Assembly: GCF_035084215.1 (NCBI RefSeq)
Contig: NC_090370.1
Coordinates: 4,712,001 to 4,776,000, forward strand
Reading direction: 5' to 3'
DNA from: Heptranchias perlo
Taxonomy: Eukaryota
Length of the DNA: 64,000 nt
Below, piece by piece: positions 10,506-25,262 of the stretch (position 1 is its first letter; each line of letters opens with the position of its first letter). Under the pieces are notes generated by a model, which worked only from the letters and a program-made list of their open reading frames with translations, made no database searches and was not told the origin of the DNA. The position numbers and the translations under genes were made by a program.

Positions 10506-13500
10506 TTAATCCTCATCAACTATCCAGATATTACACTTTAGTCCTCTCTCAATTTTGGAAATACTCATTATATTGCTTTTCCAAAGTGACTGTAATTAAC
10601 TTGGAAGCCATTACAATGATCTTATTTCTGAATGAACCTAAAGTGTACTTTCAACTTTGTCATTCTTGGAGCACTGGATGTCCAGTGTGTAACATAAAAG
10701 TCTATTCAAATCCAGCCACACTGATGGGATTAAAATCTTAGCTCTTTGCTAGCTGCAAGGAAGATACATGAAGTGAGTTTAAGGAATCTGAATTCAATTT
10801 CTGCTGGACACCAGTCTACAACACAAAACTGTCCACAAGTTGGCAGTTTTACTTGGGCCAGTTTGCTGGAAGAAATGGGAAGGGGTTGGGGATTACGCTG
10901 ATTCAGTAGGGGTGCTCTTCTGAGCTTGAAGTTAAGGCACATTACCAAGACATAGTAGAGGGAGCATTACTCTGCATCTAGCCTGTCTCTGCTCAATGCC
11001 CTCAGCACTGATGTCACATATCTTGAGTTGTGAATTCACCAAAAATAAAACAAAGGAAGTTTCTGTTTACCTGATGCTGGCAGTAGTGGCAATAAGGGAA
11101 ACCAAAAGTGGGGGTGGGTAAAAGTGGTTAAAGAACAAGTGTCAATGATGGTTGCTCTGCATGCAGTTTGGGTCAGCAACACAGGAAATGCAAACCTTTT
11201 GCAAATCCTTGTTGAAAAAGAATATGTATTTCCACACCAAATATTGTAATTTGTATATGAATACAAGAAATGTATAAATTGTTCTATAAAATGTATGGAA
11301 TATTAAAAAGATGATACTATATAGTACACATAAGACAGCTTAACCGCTGACTTATTTGGGACCAGAATGGAAGCTGCCTTTGAAGTATGCTGAGCCAAGC
11401 TGTAACAGATTGGTACGTGAACATTCACATTCAAGATCTCTTCCTTTTTTTTAAAAGCGACTTTGTAACCAACTGCACTAGGAACAGAGTTTGCCTTTTG
11501 CCGGCCAGCTGGCTTCAAACCAGAAATTATCTTTAAAGGCATCGTGAACACGGTGTATGTTTTTTTTAATATCGATTAACTCCTGGAAGTCCATAACCAG
11601 GTTCAATAGAAAACTACAGGAAATTAGGGTAAAATCTATTGGGATTTTGTGTTCAATTTCTGATCCATTTTAAAAACCCTGTGCAAACCTTTCCTATACC
11701 CACACGACCAGATGATTGATTTGTCTACATTTTCTTTAAGTTTGCTAAGATTATCTTATTAAATTTCAACATAATTAACAGTGTGAATGGTGAAAAATGG
11801 ATTTTGTATTCACTGTTAAAACACCCTGATGTAACTGTGTGACAATTCAATTTCATTGAGCCAGGTGCTCATTTTTAAAGGGGTAGCTGTGACAGGGAAC
11901 CCTAAGGTTGGTTACACTTGTGTTTTTATTTAATCAGCTAGTTATTGGGTACATTTAACCTCAATTGTTGCTTTTCTGTTAACCTTGTCTCCAACTTGTA
12001 TATAGTAGCTGTTTAGTCTTATGAAATCTGTACGTGATGCTTGTCGGATTCTTGTGGGGTCTGGAAATTAGAACCATTGATCTAATCTTGCACAATTGAA
12101 AGAAGCTTAAGTGAGCAAATGTGTTTTTATTTGCAGTGTTTCCAATGTAATCCAGATAACTGAAACTTCTACTAGATACTTGTAGTAGCTCTTCAGCTAC
12201 TGTGCCACAATTTATATTTTTCAGGGGTGGGGGGGAGGGAATTTTCATGTCACTAGACACCCCTTCCCCTTTCCTCATGCTGCAGTTGTGAACTTCCAGG
12301 ATTCCCTGTGACTGACATTTACACAAGTACAATATTGTGTATGTAATTATGCTTATCAAACCATGAATGTTCAAGAGCCCTTCAAAATCAAAAGGGAGTC
12401 CTAATTTGTTTGATTTGATTTAAGAACGCAAACTGCCTCTTCACCAAGAGCTCCGGGGACATCACAAACTAATACCACCATGTCACGGTGGTGTCAGCAG
12501 TTAAAATAGTGCAAATAATAGATATTGCATTATATTCAAGGAATGTTCAAACTAGTTTGTGGTTTTTAGTTATAGGATTGACATATACGAGTGAATATAA
12601 GTATTATTCAATGTACAGTGGAATCCTGTTGTATGTAATGAGTCAGAATATGACAAACTTGCATAAATCAAGAATCGCTGTACCAGTACTGGCTAAGTCA
12701 GGATCAAATTGCAATTTATAACCATTTGCTTATATCAACAGAGTTTGTTTGTACTGCATCATATTTGCAGATTTGACTTTGATTCCTAGCAGACTATCTT
12801 CACGTTGTTGAATTAACATCGCTGTCATTACTAATGAAGTTTTTACGATATTCTGTTTATGGAAAACATTGAGTTACTGTTTTATAAAGTAGTATTTGGC
12901 TGTGGTATCATCTATTTGAGGATTGTAGTGGAATTTTTTCATCCTTCATAATATGCCAGGTTGGAGCAGGTTATTAACAATTGCTAATATTTGTATATCT
13001 GTTGAAACGTATTGACTTTTACACTTGGATAACTGATAATTTGGCAAAGATTGTAAACAAAAACGTGTTCCCCCACCCCCACCAAAATTTCAGTGTTGCC
13101 TAACCTTAAATTAACTTGTTGAGGAAAGGGTCTATTTTGCCCTGTGTGTAAAGTGAAAGTTTTTAGTAAAATAATTCTGTCATTATGAACCAATTTAGTT
13201 TTGCTTAGATATTCAGGAATCATATTAACCCTTTCTAGCCATAGACAGCTTTGGAAGGTAAAGACCAACAGCCCAAATATGGATATGTAATTCTGAATAA
13301 AATATCCTGACATGACAATGAAAACCCCAGACTTGCATAGTAAGGTACAAAAGAAATACCAACCAGATGAAAGAATCTCTCTCTCAAAATCTACGGTGTA
13401 TGTAACATACACTAAACCTGTAATTATGTTGATGCTTATTATTGTGTCTTAAAATCTTTGGCCTACGTGGCACTCGACTGTACTCTGTTCTATGATAAAA

Positions 13501-13789
13501 CATTTTTAAAAAGGTTTCTAAAGGCTGTAATCAAGTCTCTGAGCCTGGATAAAGGTGGTTAACGTCCCAGTAAAAATTAATGTAAAACTTTCAAACTAAT
13601 TTGTATTTTTTTTATTAAAATGTATTTTGTTGTTTCACAAATTTCTGTGGATGGTGCAGCATGTTGCAACCATAGTGAGCTGTGCCACAGAGTGTTGGCA
13701 CCTGCAATCTTTTACCCATTAAGTTCCTGATCTCTAAAGGCACCCTCACCAGGATGGCCTGCGGGCCCTCACTTCCTTGACCAGTGGCC

Positions 13790-15820
13790 CAACCAGTCTC
13801 CATCCACCTCCACCTTCCTCCGCCTGGCTGATCTTTTCCTTTAACTCCACTCACTTCCTTCAAATAAAAGGTGTCGCTATGGGAACCAGCATGGGTCCTC
13901 ACTATGCCTGCCTTTGTGTGTCATATGTTGAGCATTCTTTGTTCCAGTCGTGCTCAGGTGCCCTCCATGATCTCTTCTGGCATGTAGATGACTGTGTCGT
14001 TGCTGCTTCCTGTTCTTGCCTAAGCTGGAGAATTTAATTAATTTTGCTTCTAACTTCCACCCATTCCTTACCTTTACATGGTCAATCTTTGACCCTGTCC
14101 ACCTCTGGGGATAGACTGTCCACTGATATCTACTACATGCCCAACAACCTTGATTATACTTCTTCCAACCCAGTTTTTCTGTCTCCGTTACATCCGCTCT
14201 GACAACGCCACTTTCCACACCAGAGCATCTGAAATGTCCTCCATTTTCCTCAGCCGAGGATTTCCTTGCACTGTGATAGACATGGTCCTCAAAACAGAGT
14301 CCATCCCATTCCCTGAACTTCGCCCCTCACTCGTTCTACTCCCCTCTCCACCCCCCACCCCCCACCCCCCCAGAACTGTTATATGGTGCCCCTTGGCCTT
14401 ATCTTCCACTCCACCAGCCTTCGCATTTGACAGATCATCTTCCGCCACTACCAACGTGATCCCACCACCAAACGTATCTTTCCCTCTCCTCCGTTTTCAG
14501 CATTCCAAAGGGACCAAACCCTCCGTGACACCCTGGTCTACTGCTCCATCACCACTAACTCCCGCTCACCTGCCCTTGCAAGCGCAAGAGATGTAACACC
14601 TGCCCTTTTGCCTCCGCCCACACCACCGTCCAGGGCCCCAATCACTCCTTCCGAGGGAGACAGTGATTTACTTGTACATCTAAGTATACTGTATTTGCTG
14701 CTCATGATGCAGTCTCCTCTATGTTGGGGGACCTAACGTAGTTTGGGGGATCGCTTTGTTGACCACTTCCCTTCTGCCCATAAGTGTGACCCTGAGCTTT
14801 CGGTCGCTTGTCACATTAAGCACCTTGGATGTTTTACTATGTTAAAGGTGCTATATAAATGCAAGTTGTTAATTCTCCATCCTACTCCCACTCTGACCTC
14901 TGTATTTGACCTCTTGCATTGTTCCAATGAAGCTCAACGTAAGCTCGAGGAACAGCTCCTCATCTTTCTACTAGGCACTTTACAGCCCTCTGGCCTTAAC
15001 ATTGACTTTAACAACTTCAGACTGTAACTACCACTCCCATTTTCTCTCAGACAACAGGTGCTGCTAATGGAGGATGGCTGCACCAGCATTTCCAGGAATG
15101 AGGGATGTTATAAATTGGATAGCCAGGTGTTGATGGATAGAATTCTAGAGCCTAGTCTTCAGTTGCTTCAAAGCCTTTATTCACAGAGATCCCCCTTACA
15201 TGTTGTACACCACCGAGATCAGCTCACTTTTATAAATGGATACGAGAGTCCCCAATTGATACCCACCACCTGAATACAATTAACACTAATTGATATAAAT
15301 CACATGGATACAATTAACAAGGGAGGCTGTGGGCAGGTGCTTGGGATGGGGATCCCCTATCAGTACATGGCCAGCGAGGTGGTATGCACCCCATGGGGTC
15401 TACCTGCCTTTTTCTTCCACCACATTCCCGGGCCACTGGAGCTTTCTCCACTTTGCCAGATTTTCCATGCTTCCCTCCCCTTTGCTATTCTGCTGTAATC
15501 ATTCATATCCTCTGGGTCTCCGGCACATCTTTTGTTTCTCTAATTTCTCTCATTATTGCCTCCTTTTGTATCACACCATTATAACTTCTGTCATTTAATC
15601 ATCTCCTGACCTTCACCTAATTGGTTCACAGATTATTGTTTTCCTTGTGTATGTGATAATTTTTTCTCCCCACCCCCTGTTCCCATAAGCTGCTGTTCTG
15701 TAACATCTTTCGGTTCTAATGAAGGGTCAAAGACCTGAAACATTAACCCTACCTCCCTCTCTCCACAGATGCTGCCTGACCTGCTGAGTGTTTCCAGCAT
15801 TTTCTGTTTTTATTTCAAGT
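13790..15820 (+). mobile_element. Penelope-like retroelement remnant with small internal insertions
   Basis: RT motif FSFNSTHFLQIKGVAMGTSMGPHYACL; endonuclease-region C-terminus RKLEEQLLIFLLGTLQPSGLNIDF; terminal gatgctgcctgacctgctgagtgtttccagcattttctg. Contains frameshifts and stops. Confidence 0.8.
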
Positions 15821-18800
15821 TCCTGCTCTCAGTTGTGCCACACTCGGGAGGTGCCAAGCTGAAACCAGATACTTCCTCATAAGGAGGCAAGTCATCACAT
15901 TAACACTATTCCACAATCTGAACTGCATTTGCGTCCTTTCCAATCCTAACTTCCAGTACTTGAAATGCTCATTTATCCAATTATTTCACTACCATTCCCA
16001 AAACAGTTGAGATCTGTAAGGTGTAAGAACCAAACCACAACCTATTTTGACATTCTTGCACTTGACTCAATATTTTGAAAAATATTAACAAAATGGACAA
16101 CCAGTGCTGCAAACAGCATCCTGCTGTAAATTGAAAGGATTAATATTGTGTATATATTGTACATATTGTTTGCTATGCTGTGTTTGACAATTTTTTAAAA
16201 ATGCAATTACCCTTAGAATATACTTCCAAACAGTAGTTTAATGTTTCAACTGATACAGGTCTCCAGGACAGTAGAACTTATACAGTCCATGTGTATACTT
16301 TGTTTAATTGTGGACTGTTTAAAAGGAGAAAAAAGTATCTGCATTTATTTGTATGGAATCCTGTCAAATGTAGAACAATAAAGAACATTTTAATTTAAGA
16401 GTAAGCTTCCTGTCCAACCCTCATTTATTTTTGAAGTGTACATTAAAATAGTTGCTGAAAACGTCATTTTTTTGTTCTTAAAGTTGCATGTATGAGAGTT
16501 TAAGTGATGTCAATGTTTTATTAAAGGAGCAGTTGACTGCTTATTGTGTCTGAACACAGGTAAGCCTGACTTTCTGTTGAGCATGCTGATAAGAGACTTG
16601 AGAAGGAGCTAAGTGTGCTTATTGGATGACCTTTTCTATTGTTCAAATGCCTGATGAAATTAAACTTTTCTGGTAAGAACAGGCATAAAAAAACATTTTT
16701 AAGTGACGTGGCACAGCACACAATGTTGTTTCCAATTTCAGCTATGCCAGTAGTTAGTGGAAGGCAACTACATTCCCACAAGAAAGGAAGAACCATAGTG
16801 TCCTGCACTTCTTAGCAGCTGGTTTCAGGGTGGCAGCGCATTAGCTAAATTGTTACATCTTGATTGCTTATAGTCAGGTAGAGCGTAGGTCAGATGCAGG
16901 GGAATGACCCTTCCACTCTACCCCATCAATGTGCCTCAATTCCAAATTTCATAAATACAGTCTCTACTGTACCAGTGCCACATTTTCAGTTCCAGCACCA
17001 GGTATACTTATTTGTGCAGCATCTTTGTGCTTTGGACTCATGCTTACTTGGAACTGGATTGATAGCGGTCAAATTTGTTACACTTGGGATCCTTCCCCTA
17101 CATCCCAAAACTAGAAAATAGATATGAATCCCTTCAATATGAATTCAAATTGAGGTGCCAGAGATAAAAGGACAATGTTTTAACGTGGTGCCACTGTAAA
17201 GATTTTTTAGTAATGTGGTGGAACTATGGGTCAGTGTAGTTCCTTAGTGAATTGGAGTAGTAGGACCCTGGTTCCCAACTGCAATTACTCATGACAGGAG
17301 ACAGGTTCTTAATCTTGCTTGTACTGTCTTGGAGAATCAGCAGCAGAAAAGTGCTGCTCATCAGGGAGAGAAATCTGAGGACAGGTCACCCCAGATTTCA
17401 GCACTTGGTTACAAAGTGAGATTGACAGATAGTTAGCAGGGCACCTGTTTACACAATTTCCCAGCAAAAAGGGTTGGCAGTGTGGCGAAGGGAGGGAAAG
17501 GTAGCACCCAAAAAGGGGATAAAAATAAATCGATTGATCTTGAGGAGGATTTAATCTGAACAGGTTTCCTTTAGGTTTTTAGTTAAAACCATTGTAGACT
17601 TTGGACTTTCTAAATCTAATTTTGGGTTGGCACCTGAAGTGGGTCAAAGACAAGTCTGGTCCACTTGGCACAAAAGGACAAATGCCACAATTCAAGTTGT
17701 GTAGGATTTATTTTTTTTGCTTTTTTTTTGCTGATGTCTACAAGTTACAAACACTGGTAAACATGAAGGAGGTTTGAACCTTTACATCAACTGTTTCTAT
17801 AGTAACAACTAAAAAATACACAAAGTAATATATATTGTAAGGCCTTATACATACATGATTGTGTGGTGCTTATAAAGAGTTGGTATTGTGTTTCTGTAAC
17901 TTGTAGAAAAGAATCCATTTTGGTCACAAATTACTTTAGCAATAATGGATAAGAGCATGTGTCTGTGAGCAGGTTTTTTTTAAGGCAGGCAATAAAAAAG
18001 TAAAATAAGACTCAAAAATCCCATGCTATAAATTTAACTTGGGCTTGAATTTAATAATGTTCCACATTCACTACAGGCAACACAATCGAATTAACTGCCA
18101 AGTTGTTTTCCAAGTGCTGAGTTGGACGAGGAAGTTCTATAACAGCAACTCATTAACCACCTTTAGTATGCAGCTCATGAGAATTTCAGTAAATCTGTAT
18201 AGTCTATTTCATTTTTCCCATAGGTTTCTCGCTCCTTTGACATCTTGCTAGAGAAGGTGAGAAAACAAATGATTGTAGCAGGATGTTCGAACAGCTTAAG
18301 CTGTTACCAGTCGAAATATGATTTTTTTAACAGACACACTATTTTTGAAGAGTCGAAATTGTGAGTTTTCAGTAAGCGTGCCATTGAACAAAATACCTTC
18401 CCTTCTAAAGCAATCTGCAAAGACTGTGAAAAGGGAAATTTAAGCATTTAGCAATTTAAGGAAATTCAAATGACTGACTTGCTTAAATGGTTAAAGCATT
18501 GTCAATTCAGTGAAAATTTTGAGGTAAGGAGGCATCCTGGATCCCAAATTAGATCTTGATTACTTGACTTTAAGAATGAGCAAAGAATTTTATTTAACTT
18601 GTCATTTTAAGTCTACCTCCATTTGATGTGCTATGACTTCATCAAATTTAAAGTCAGAACCGATGTAAACTTTCACTAGAATAATGCTGTGCCACTTTTT
18701 AAAATTTATTTATTCAAAATATATTGCCTTAATGATGAGAATTTTTTTTAAATGAAGGAAAATACCACAAAGATGCACTATTTTAACAACTGTAGCGTCA

Positions 18801-21674
18801 CTCCCAATTCAAAAAGATTTGATTGAAAAGACCAAAGTGATTACATGTAAGGAGTTGCTCTCAAAAGGGCAAGACAAGTCCAAACTGTTTGCCCATGCAT
18901 ACAAGAACTGATCCTAGTAACAGTGGCAGTGTTAAATTGACGTTTTATTTCAGATGACTAGAAAAAATAATCTTTTTTTTCTCCATTCCGAAACGAACAA
19001 GGGCAATATTCGTCCTTCTAAAAGCAACTCCACCACAAAGCACAAATCTCACACAGCTTGTAAGAAATCCACATGTGCAAATCCAGAGGTATGTTACAGG
19101 CAAAAGCGTTTACAGTAATGCTGATTAACTCTGAATTTTGTTTAAATATTCTCCTCATCACCTTTTGTCAGTTAGCACTCACTCTAGCCCAAGGAATTCA
19201 TAATAGGGAACAAAATGACATGGATTTATCAGTGAAATTTACACTTAAGTTTAGCACAATGCAATATGGAGTGCAAAAATGGACACTAATCTTTCAGTTC
19301 ATTTATTGCCATTAAATCAGAGCGATTTTAATGTATTTGTTTCTTTCCTCTCCCTACCTCCTGCTGCCTCACACTGCTGCTTTTTCCTTCAGCCAAGAGA
19401 TTGGAAAGGTCTGAGCTACTTCACAGGTGCCATCAGTGCTGTCCTAGAGATTGGCTAATAGGAGGTGCACTTTGTGAGGTAGGAGTGTTCATCCCTTCCC
19501 CCGCCTTGCAAGATGCTAATACTTGAACATCATGCAAGGGTCTCATCTAGCAGCCTCAGCAAGAAGTGGCAGAACTTACCCAATGAGGACAGATGAGTTT
19601 GTATGTTAGAGTGGGATTCAAAGTTGTAACTCTCGGGATTAGGAGCCCAATGCTCCATTACTAAAAACCCTGCACTCCAACAATGCTGGTATTGGGGCCA
19701 CTGCATTTTCAAATCTTGGGTTTTAGTCGTCTTTTTAAAAAAAAAATAGGCTCAACAACAGAAAAAGTTGGATGAACAGATCTATTTACTTTTTTGCATT
19801 ATTGGTTTTGTTTGGGCTTGAATACTTTACACAGAAAATGCTGAGGTACGGTTGATGTTGCTGCTGCCCCCAATGGACTAATACAGTTACATATCTGTTT
19901 CCTGGTATACCAAGCATGAAGCAGAAAATTCAAACAACCCTACAAATGAGAAGCAAAAGATTTGTCGGCAGATTTGGTGAAACTTTGTTCACTTTTTTTT
20001 CAATGGATTGTGTGGCATTATTAGCTATATACTTAAGAGTTTGACCATTCAGAACTTGTCCTTAACTTGTGAAATTCAGGTTTCTGGATCTTTCTTAGGC
20101 ATTCTAAAACCATCAAAAATTTGGCTTCAACCTTTCAAGTCTAAAGGCGCAAATGCTCATCCCTAGTTACAAATTTTCATAATATTTTGTTCATAACCAA
20201 GGGGGTGTAAACTTATACGTTTGTTTCCTTCTGTCTCTATGTTTTTCATCTGATTATGTCGAATAGTGCTGATTTTCTGAGAATTGTGAGGGTGTTAGAC
20301 TTGATGTGATGATTAGGGATCAGTGTTGTAGTTTCCAAATTCAGATCAGTTCAGACACCAATTTTCCATTTTCAGGTGAGTGCAGCAACGAGTGTTGCAG
20401 GAAAAAAAACCTGGCGCCTGTGCCATAGATTTTTCTATGGTTAAGAAATCCATATTTAAACTTCAGATTCTCACGACTCAAGCTAATGGTGATGCAATAT
20501 CAAAAACGAGGGAACATGCCCAAAATCAGCTGATGTGTGGGCGAGACAAAAATAAGTAGCAAATCTAAACTAATTTTTAAAATAAATTACTTAAGTTCTT
20601 AGCATTACACTTTTGTTTGTAAAAGTAACAATAGGATGATAATATTAGATTGTTGTATGTATAACTTTTCATCTAGTAAAAGGTTTTCGTCCTAGTCACA
20701 CAATCATTTTGCTGCCTTTTTATAGTTATCTTAAAGGAGTTATGTTGCCTTGCAAGACCATCTAATCTATTTGTAAATATTTTGTGAGGGTGCCATTACA
20801 TGCTGGGTTGGGATCATTTGAATAAACGTTTCTGAAGGTGACATTTTTACTAATTTTTAGTATAAACTACTTGGAGTGGTAGGGGAGGGATTGAAAGTGC
20901 TCCACAGCTGACCAAACACTAGCTGTAATGTGATGTATTAGCCGGAAAGGAACATTTTCCAATAAACCAGTTTACCAGCAAAATTCTCCAACACGCCCCT
21001 ATTAAAAATTTTTCCTTATTTAGTAATCTTTCAAAGTAAGCTTCATGTTCATGTTGGGGTGGGGGGGCATTTAAAAAAGCAAGTTAAAAGAAGAGCCACA
21101 AAAATTCATCCTCCAAAATAGTAGATTTAACCAGATGTATCCGACTTTCATTGCTGGTCTTCACTAATATTAAACTTGCTCGTGAACTTCAAGACTCAAA
21201 AAAAAATCACTTATGTTTTTGTCCCATCAAAACAACTCATTATATGATATTTCAAGCATAAGATTCTGTAATTAGTAAACATTTTTAAAAAGCAGATTAT
21301 AAATTTAATGTAACTGTTGTAAAGTATAATTATAGTCAAATAAGCTCATGATGAGAACCCATTTCTAAATAGGATTTTTTTTTGCCAATTAATGAGTGGA
21401 TTATTACATTCAAACCCTGAATTTGAAGAATCCTAGAATATTGAACAAATTTGAGTAATTAATCTTCATTTGCTCTTTTTTCAGATACCTTCCTGTCTGT
21501 ACAGTAATTGTAGATATAGCCTCTGTTCTATAATTCCCTGCTCAGGGACATTAACAGCATTCATATTCTTTCAAGCACGCCTTCAGTAACAACACAGTAA
21601 ATTTCACAATGTCATTTGGTGATGATAGGATAGTTCTTGTGTTGTAAACTCCTTTTTTTTTTAAAAACTATTTT

Positions 21675-21860
21675 TTATAAGGCTTGTGTTTTGAGTTCGA
21701 TGGGATCACTCCTAGATTCCTGTTGTCCCTCAGCTTCGGGGGGATGAGCTCCTTTAAGAATAGCCAGTCTCTCTGAGAGACCTCTCATCCTGGGGAAGAG
21801 GATAAAATCGTACAGCAGTGCTGCTATAGCACCCCCTATCAGAGGACCCACCCAGTACAC
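21675..21860 (-). CDS. mip: Aquaporin-0 / lens major intrinsic protein, exon 4 (186 nt incl. TAA)
   Basis: Acceptor tttgcag|GTGTACTGG; encodes [10 protein letters not shown]...[16 protein letters not shown]...PIELKTQAL*, the typical MIP C-terminus. Confidence 0.96.
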   Translation of the reverse strand: MYWVGPLIGGAIAALLYDFILFPRMRGLSERLAILKGAHPPEAEGQQESRSDPIELKTQAL

Positions 21861-21934
21861 CTGCAAAGATAAAGAAATAATAAGATTGAGACACAAAATA
21901 GTATTAACAAATCAGAATTGAGCACTTTTCCTCA

Positions 21935-22300
21935 ATCTTTTACTTTCCTAAAGTTGGTGACTGAGCTAGGGTATGGTTCTATAGGTGTTGATATCCCATC
22001 AGTAGCTCGCCCAAGTGGCTATCTTTGTGTGTGAACATAGACAGTGTTGGTCGACAGTGTGGTCAGCAGCTATTGTACCATGGAAGCATCACAGACAAGC
22101 CTGATCCTGTTCTCATCCAACATGTGCACATGTACACTTTCCCGGAGGGGTCACTTGTGATTAGGAGCAGAAATCCTGGCTTAATTTTTTCATCCCTAGC
22201 CTAAGGACACTTGACATCCTGGTTGCAATCAGCTAACTCAGCTCGAACCACGGAACTTACTGATCTGATGGTTCAGTACCACTCAGCCATTAGGCCACCC
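21935..22300 (-). mobile_element. tRNA-derived SINE (family A)
   Basis: cccaagtggc, cctgatcctgttctcatcc and cagctaactcagc motifs. Confidence 0.65.
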
Positions 22301-23274
22301 TGAGTTAAGCATTTTAATATATTTGGCACAGTACACCACTGGCATGTAAAGTCTGTGTAGTCCCATCAGTTGGGTAGAACTTTGAAAAGAAGTGGCTGTG
22401 ATAACCTGGACAATCCCTTGTTCCCTCCCTTATCCAGACAAAATAAGATTTTCTGATTCCCAATGTCTGCTTGCTTCAGGATTGCTGAATGCTTACCCTT
22501 TGCAGTTTCTACAGTAGCATCCATCTTTTCCGCTGCTTTAGATCTTTATTTAAATGTTTTTAAAAGTTAGTGAACAAATAAGATTACCTTCTACCAGACC
22601 AACTTCAAGAGCATCCCTTAGTGCTTCAGTGAGACCTTTCCATTTCTCATGACAGCCTTCCTTATGAATTCTCTAAATGAGATTGCTAACTTAATGACAA
22701 TTTGTGCTGAATTATGGACAATTTTGCTTTTTAATTAAAACATAAACCTCTTTTTAGAATCTTGGAGCACAGGAGGAAGCCATTTAAACTAGTCTTTCAG
22801 ATTACTCAGGAATTAAGGGTATGTTTAAAAATGCATACTTCATTTAGAAGGTGAATAGCTTGCTCGTAACTAATATATAGGGATAGGGACTCAATAGAAC
22901 TTTTGAAGTTTCTGAACTGATGCATCCTCTAAACTGCAGCATGGTATCGGTTGTTAACATTGCCCCTTTAAATAAAAAAAATTAAAATGGTGCTCACATA
23001 CATGTGACAGTAACTGGAGTAAAAATTTGTTTTGCTGGCATTATGAGGTATGAAGTTATTTGGAAGAAATATTTTTATTGCAAGTTTTGTGTGATCTAAG
23101 GAAGAATAGGAAGCTCAGGTAACATGATTATGATGCATTTCAGAACAGTTTTATATGTTACCATAGTGACATTATAGATTTAATACATTTAGAAACTGTG
23201 ATAGAATGGAGCTTTTAGTACAAGTACATTTTTGTAAAAGTTTAAGAAATATGTGGGGGGGGGGAAAAAAAAGA

Positions 23275-23445
23275 AAGACTTGCATTTCTATAGCGCCTTT
23301 CATGACTTCAGGATGTCCCAAAGCCCTTTACAGCCAATGAAGTACTTTTGAAGTGAAGTCACTGTTGTAATGTAGGAAACCTGGCAGCCAATTTTCGCAC
23401 AGCAAGCTCCCACAAACAGCAATGTGATAATGAGCAGATAATCTG
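23275..23445 (-). mobile_element. Deu-type SINE 3' part
   Basis: aaagacttgcatttctatagcgcctttcatgac...gcaagctcccacaaacagcaatgtgataatg, as in AmnSINE1/SacSINE1-type tails. Confidence 0.75.
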
Positions 23446-23919
23446 AACATCATATCCAGTGCTGAACAGGTTTTATATAAAGATCCCACTTTTGAAATTC
23501 ACTACCAAAATCGAATGGATTGCTTCAATTCGTGAACAGAAAATACTGACAACTTATGGCCTTTAAGAACGTCACAATTAAGTAAAATAAGATCAGATAC
23601 ATACTGGGACAAAACGACCTGAAATAAGTACCCTGTCCCCATTGTAATAAACTTGAACTCAGAGCTATATTGACAACTCTCCCAGTGGAATTATCAGGAA
23701 TTCTTGGCCATAGGTTACAGTGATGGGTAACTTACTCTGCAAAGTTATTGGGTTATAAAAATCCCCATAGTTCCTAACTTGGTGGTTTCTGGTTAAATAG
23801 TTGGTGATTGAAGCAGTTTTGGTGCATTTTATAACAACCTTTCATGTTTTCATTTTTTTAAGCAGGTGTTCTTTGTTCAGCTGCCCACTGTATTTTAGTT
23901 GAATTCAGTTTGTTCTTAC

Positions 23920-24000
23920 CCAGTGATTTCCAAAGTTTCTAGTGAGCACAGCTGGTGCAAAGGACCGTGCTGGGTTCATTCCACACCCTGTGTAATACAG
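23920..24000 (-). CDS. mip: Aquaporin-0 exon 3 (81 nt)
   Basis: ctccag|[27 protein letters not shown]|gtaaga; contains the second NPA motif. Confidence 0.96.
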
Positions 24001-24245
24001 CTGGAGAAAGCAGAAGACAGTCTGGTATTATTCCATATTATTCCAATCAGACATAATTTCAAACAAAAAAAGTTTTAAAAAATCAATTCAGAAGAAAAAA
24101 GGTGTTAATTACAACTCTGCACCACTTGACTATCAAGAGACATGTTTAATTACCTGTCGTGATTTCAACAGTCAGTACTACACAAGACAGTATGAGAGGA
24201 GAAAAGGCCATTTGCCAATCAAACCTAATTCTTCCAGTAGACCAT

Positions 24246-24873
24246 GGGGTCTATTTTGACTTTTGGGAACACTGGTTGGCGCCCATTCTGGCGGTGAAGT
24301 GGCCCCCTGTGATTTTGATGCTCCGGCCTTGTTTACATTTGCCAGGCGAGCTGCAGAGCACCAAACAGACATCCTGACGCAGCTCACCACATTCGGCAGA
24401 AGAAAACAGGCCGGAGCCACTGCCAGGAAGGTAAGTTGCTTGGTGGGGTGGGGGGAGGCATGATTGCATAGGGTGGGAGTACTGGGGCGGCACGGCCCAG
24501 ATTATTTTTGTGGGCCCCACAGGTGCACTCCTGCTCCTCTGAGGCCCACAAAAATAATTCAAGACATACCTTTAGAGGACCTCTTCTCTTCCATTGCCCA
24601 TGGAACTGACCAAAACTTGCACTGTGCAGGCTCCGACCAGATCCTACCTAAAATGGCACTCAGGGTCTTATTTACGTGATAGGACCCTGATTTCCATATT
24701 AAAAGGGGCTTATTGCCTAAAACAGGCAGGTGCTTAGGACACCTGGCGGTAGGCCCTCTTTTTAAAATGGAGCTGGCCGCATCGCTGGTGTTAATGGGGC
24801 GGTAAGGCTATTCCCCATTTTGGGGACTTTACTGCCCCATTAACGCCAGGTGAAGCGAGTGAAATTCGACCCT
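24246..24873. mobile_element. GC-rich non-autonomous DNA-transposon-like insertion (MITE) in aqp0 intron 2
   Basis: GC-rich island in an AT-rich intron with imperfect terminal inverted ends (ggggtctatttt ... aaattcgaccct). Confidence 0.45.
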
Positions 24874-25029
24874 CGTGCCGTTTGCACTGTCATAGACTCT
24901 CCCAAGCTTATTTATCATCCTGAAGGTATATAATCATGGGTAAAATGCCCAAGACAGAATTGGGATTTGGATTGATGCAGTAAAAATCAATTAAAATTGA
25001 TGCTCTAAGGAGGCTGACACATCTATAAT

Positions 25030-25262
25030 GGCCACCTGTCTTTGCTTGACATTCATACGTTCCAGCAGGAGTCACTGAATAGTGATCAAGAGCATGAACC
25101 CTGGCTAATTTATTTCTCCTTCCTAGTCTGGTGGGGTATGAAGGCCAATTTTAGAGCCTCAGTTGTGCCCCAGCCAAGATAGTCTAACTCAGTACACACT
25201 GGGGATCTTCTTGATCTGTATGGCTCAGTGCCACACTGTGGCATTTAGCAACTAAGCTGTTG
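25030..25262 (-). mobile_element. tRNA-derived SINE (family A) 5' half
   Basis: tccagcaggagtcactgaatagtgatc and tatggctcagtgccacac. Confidence 0.6.
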
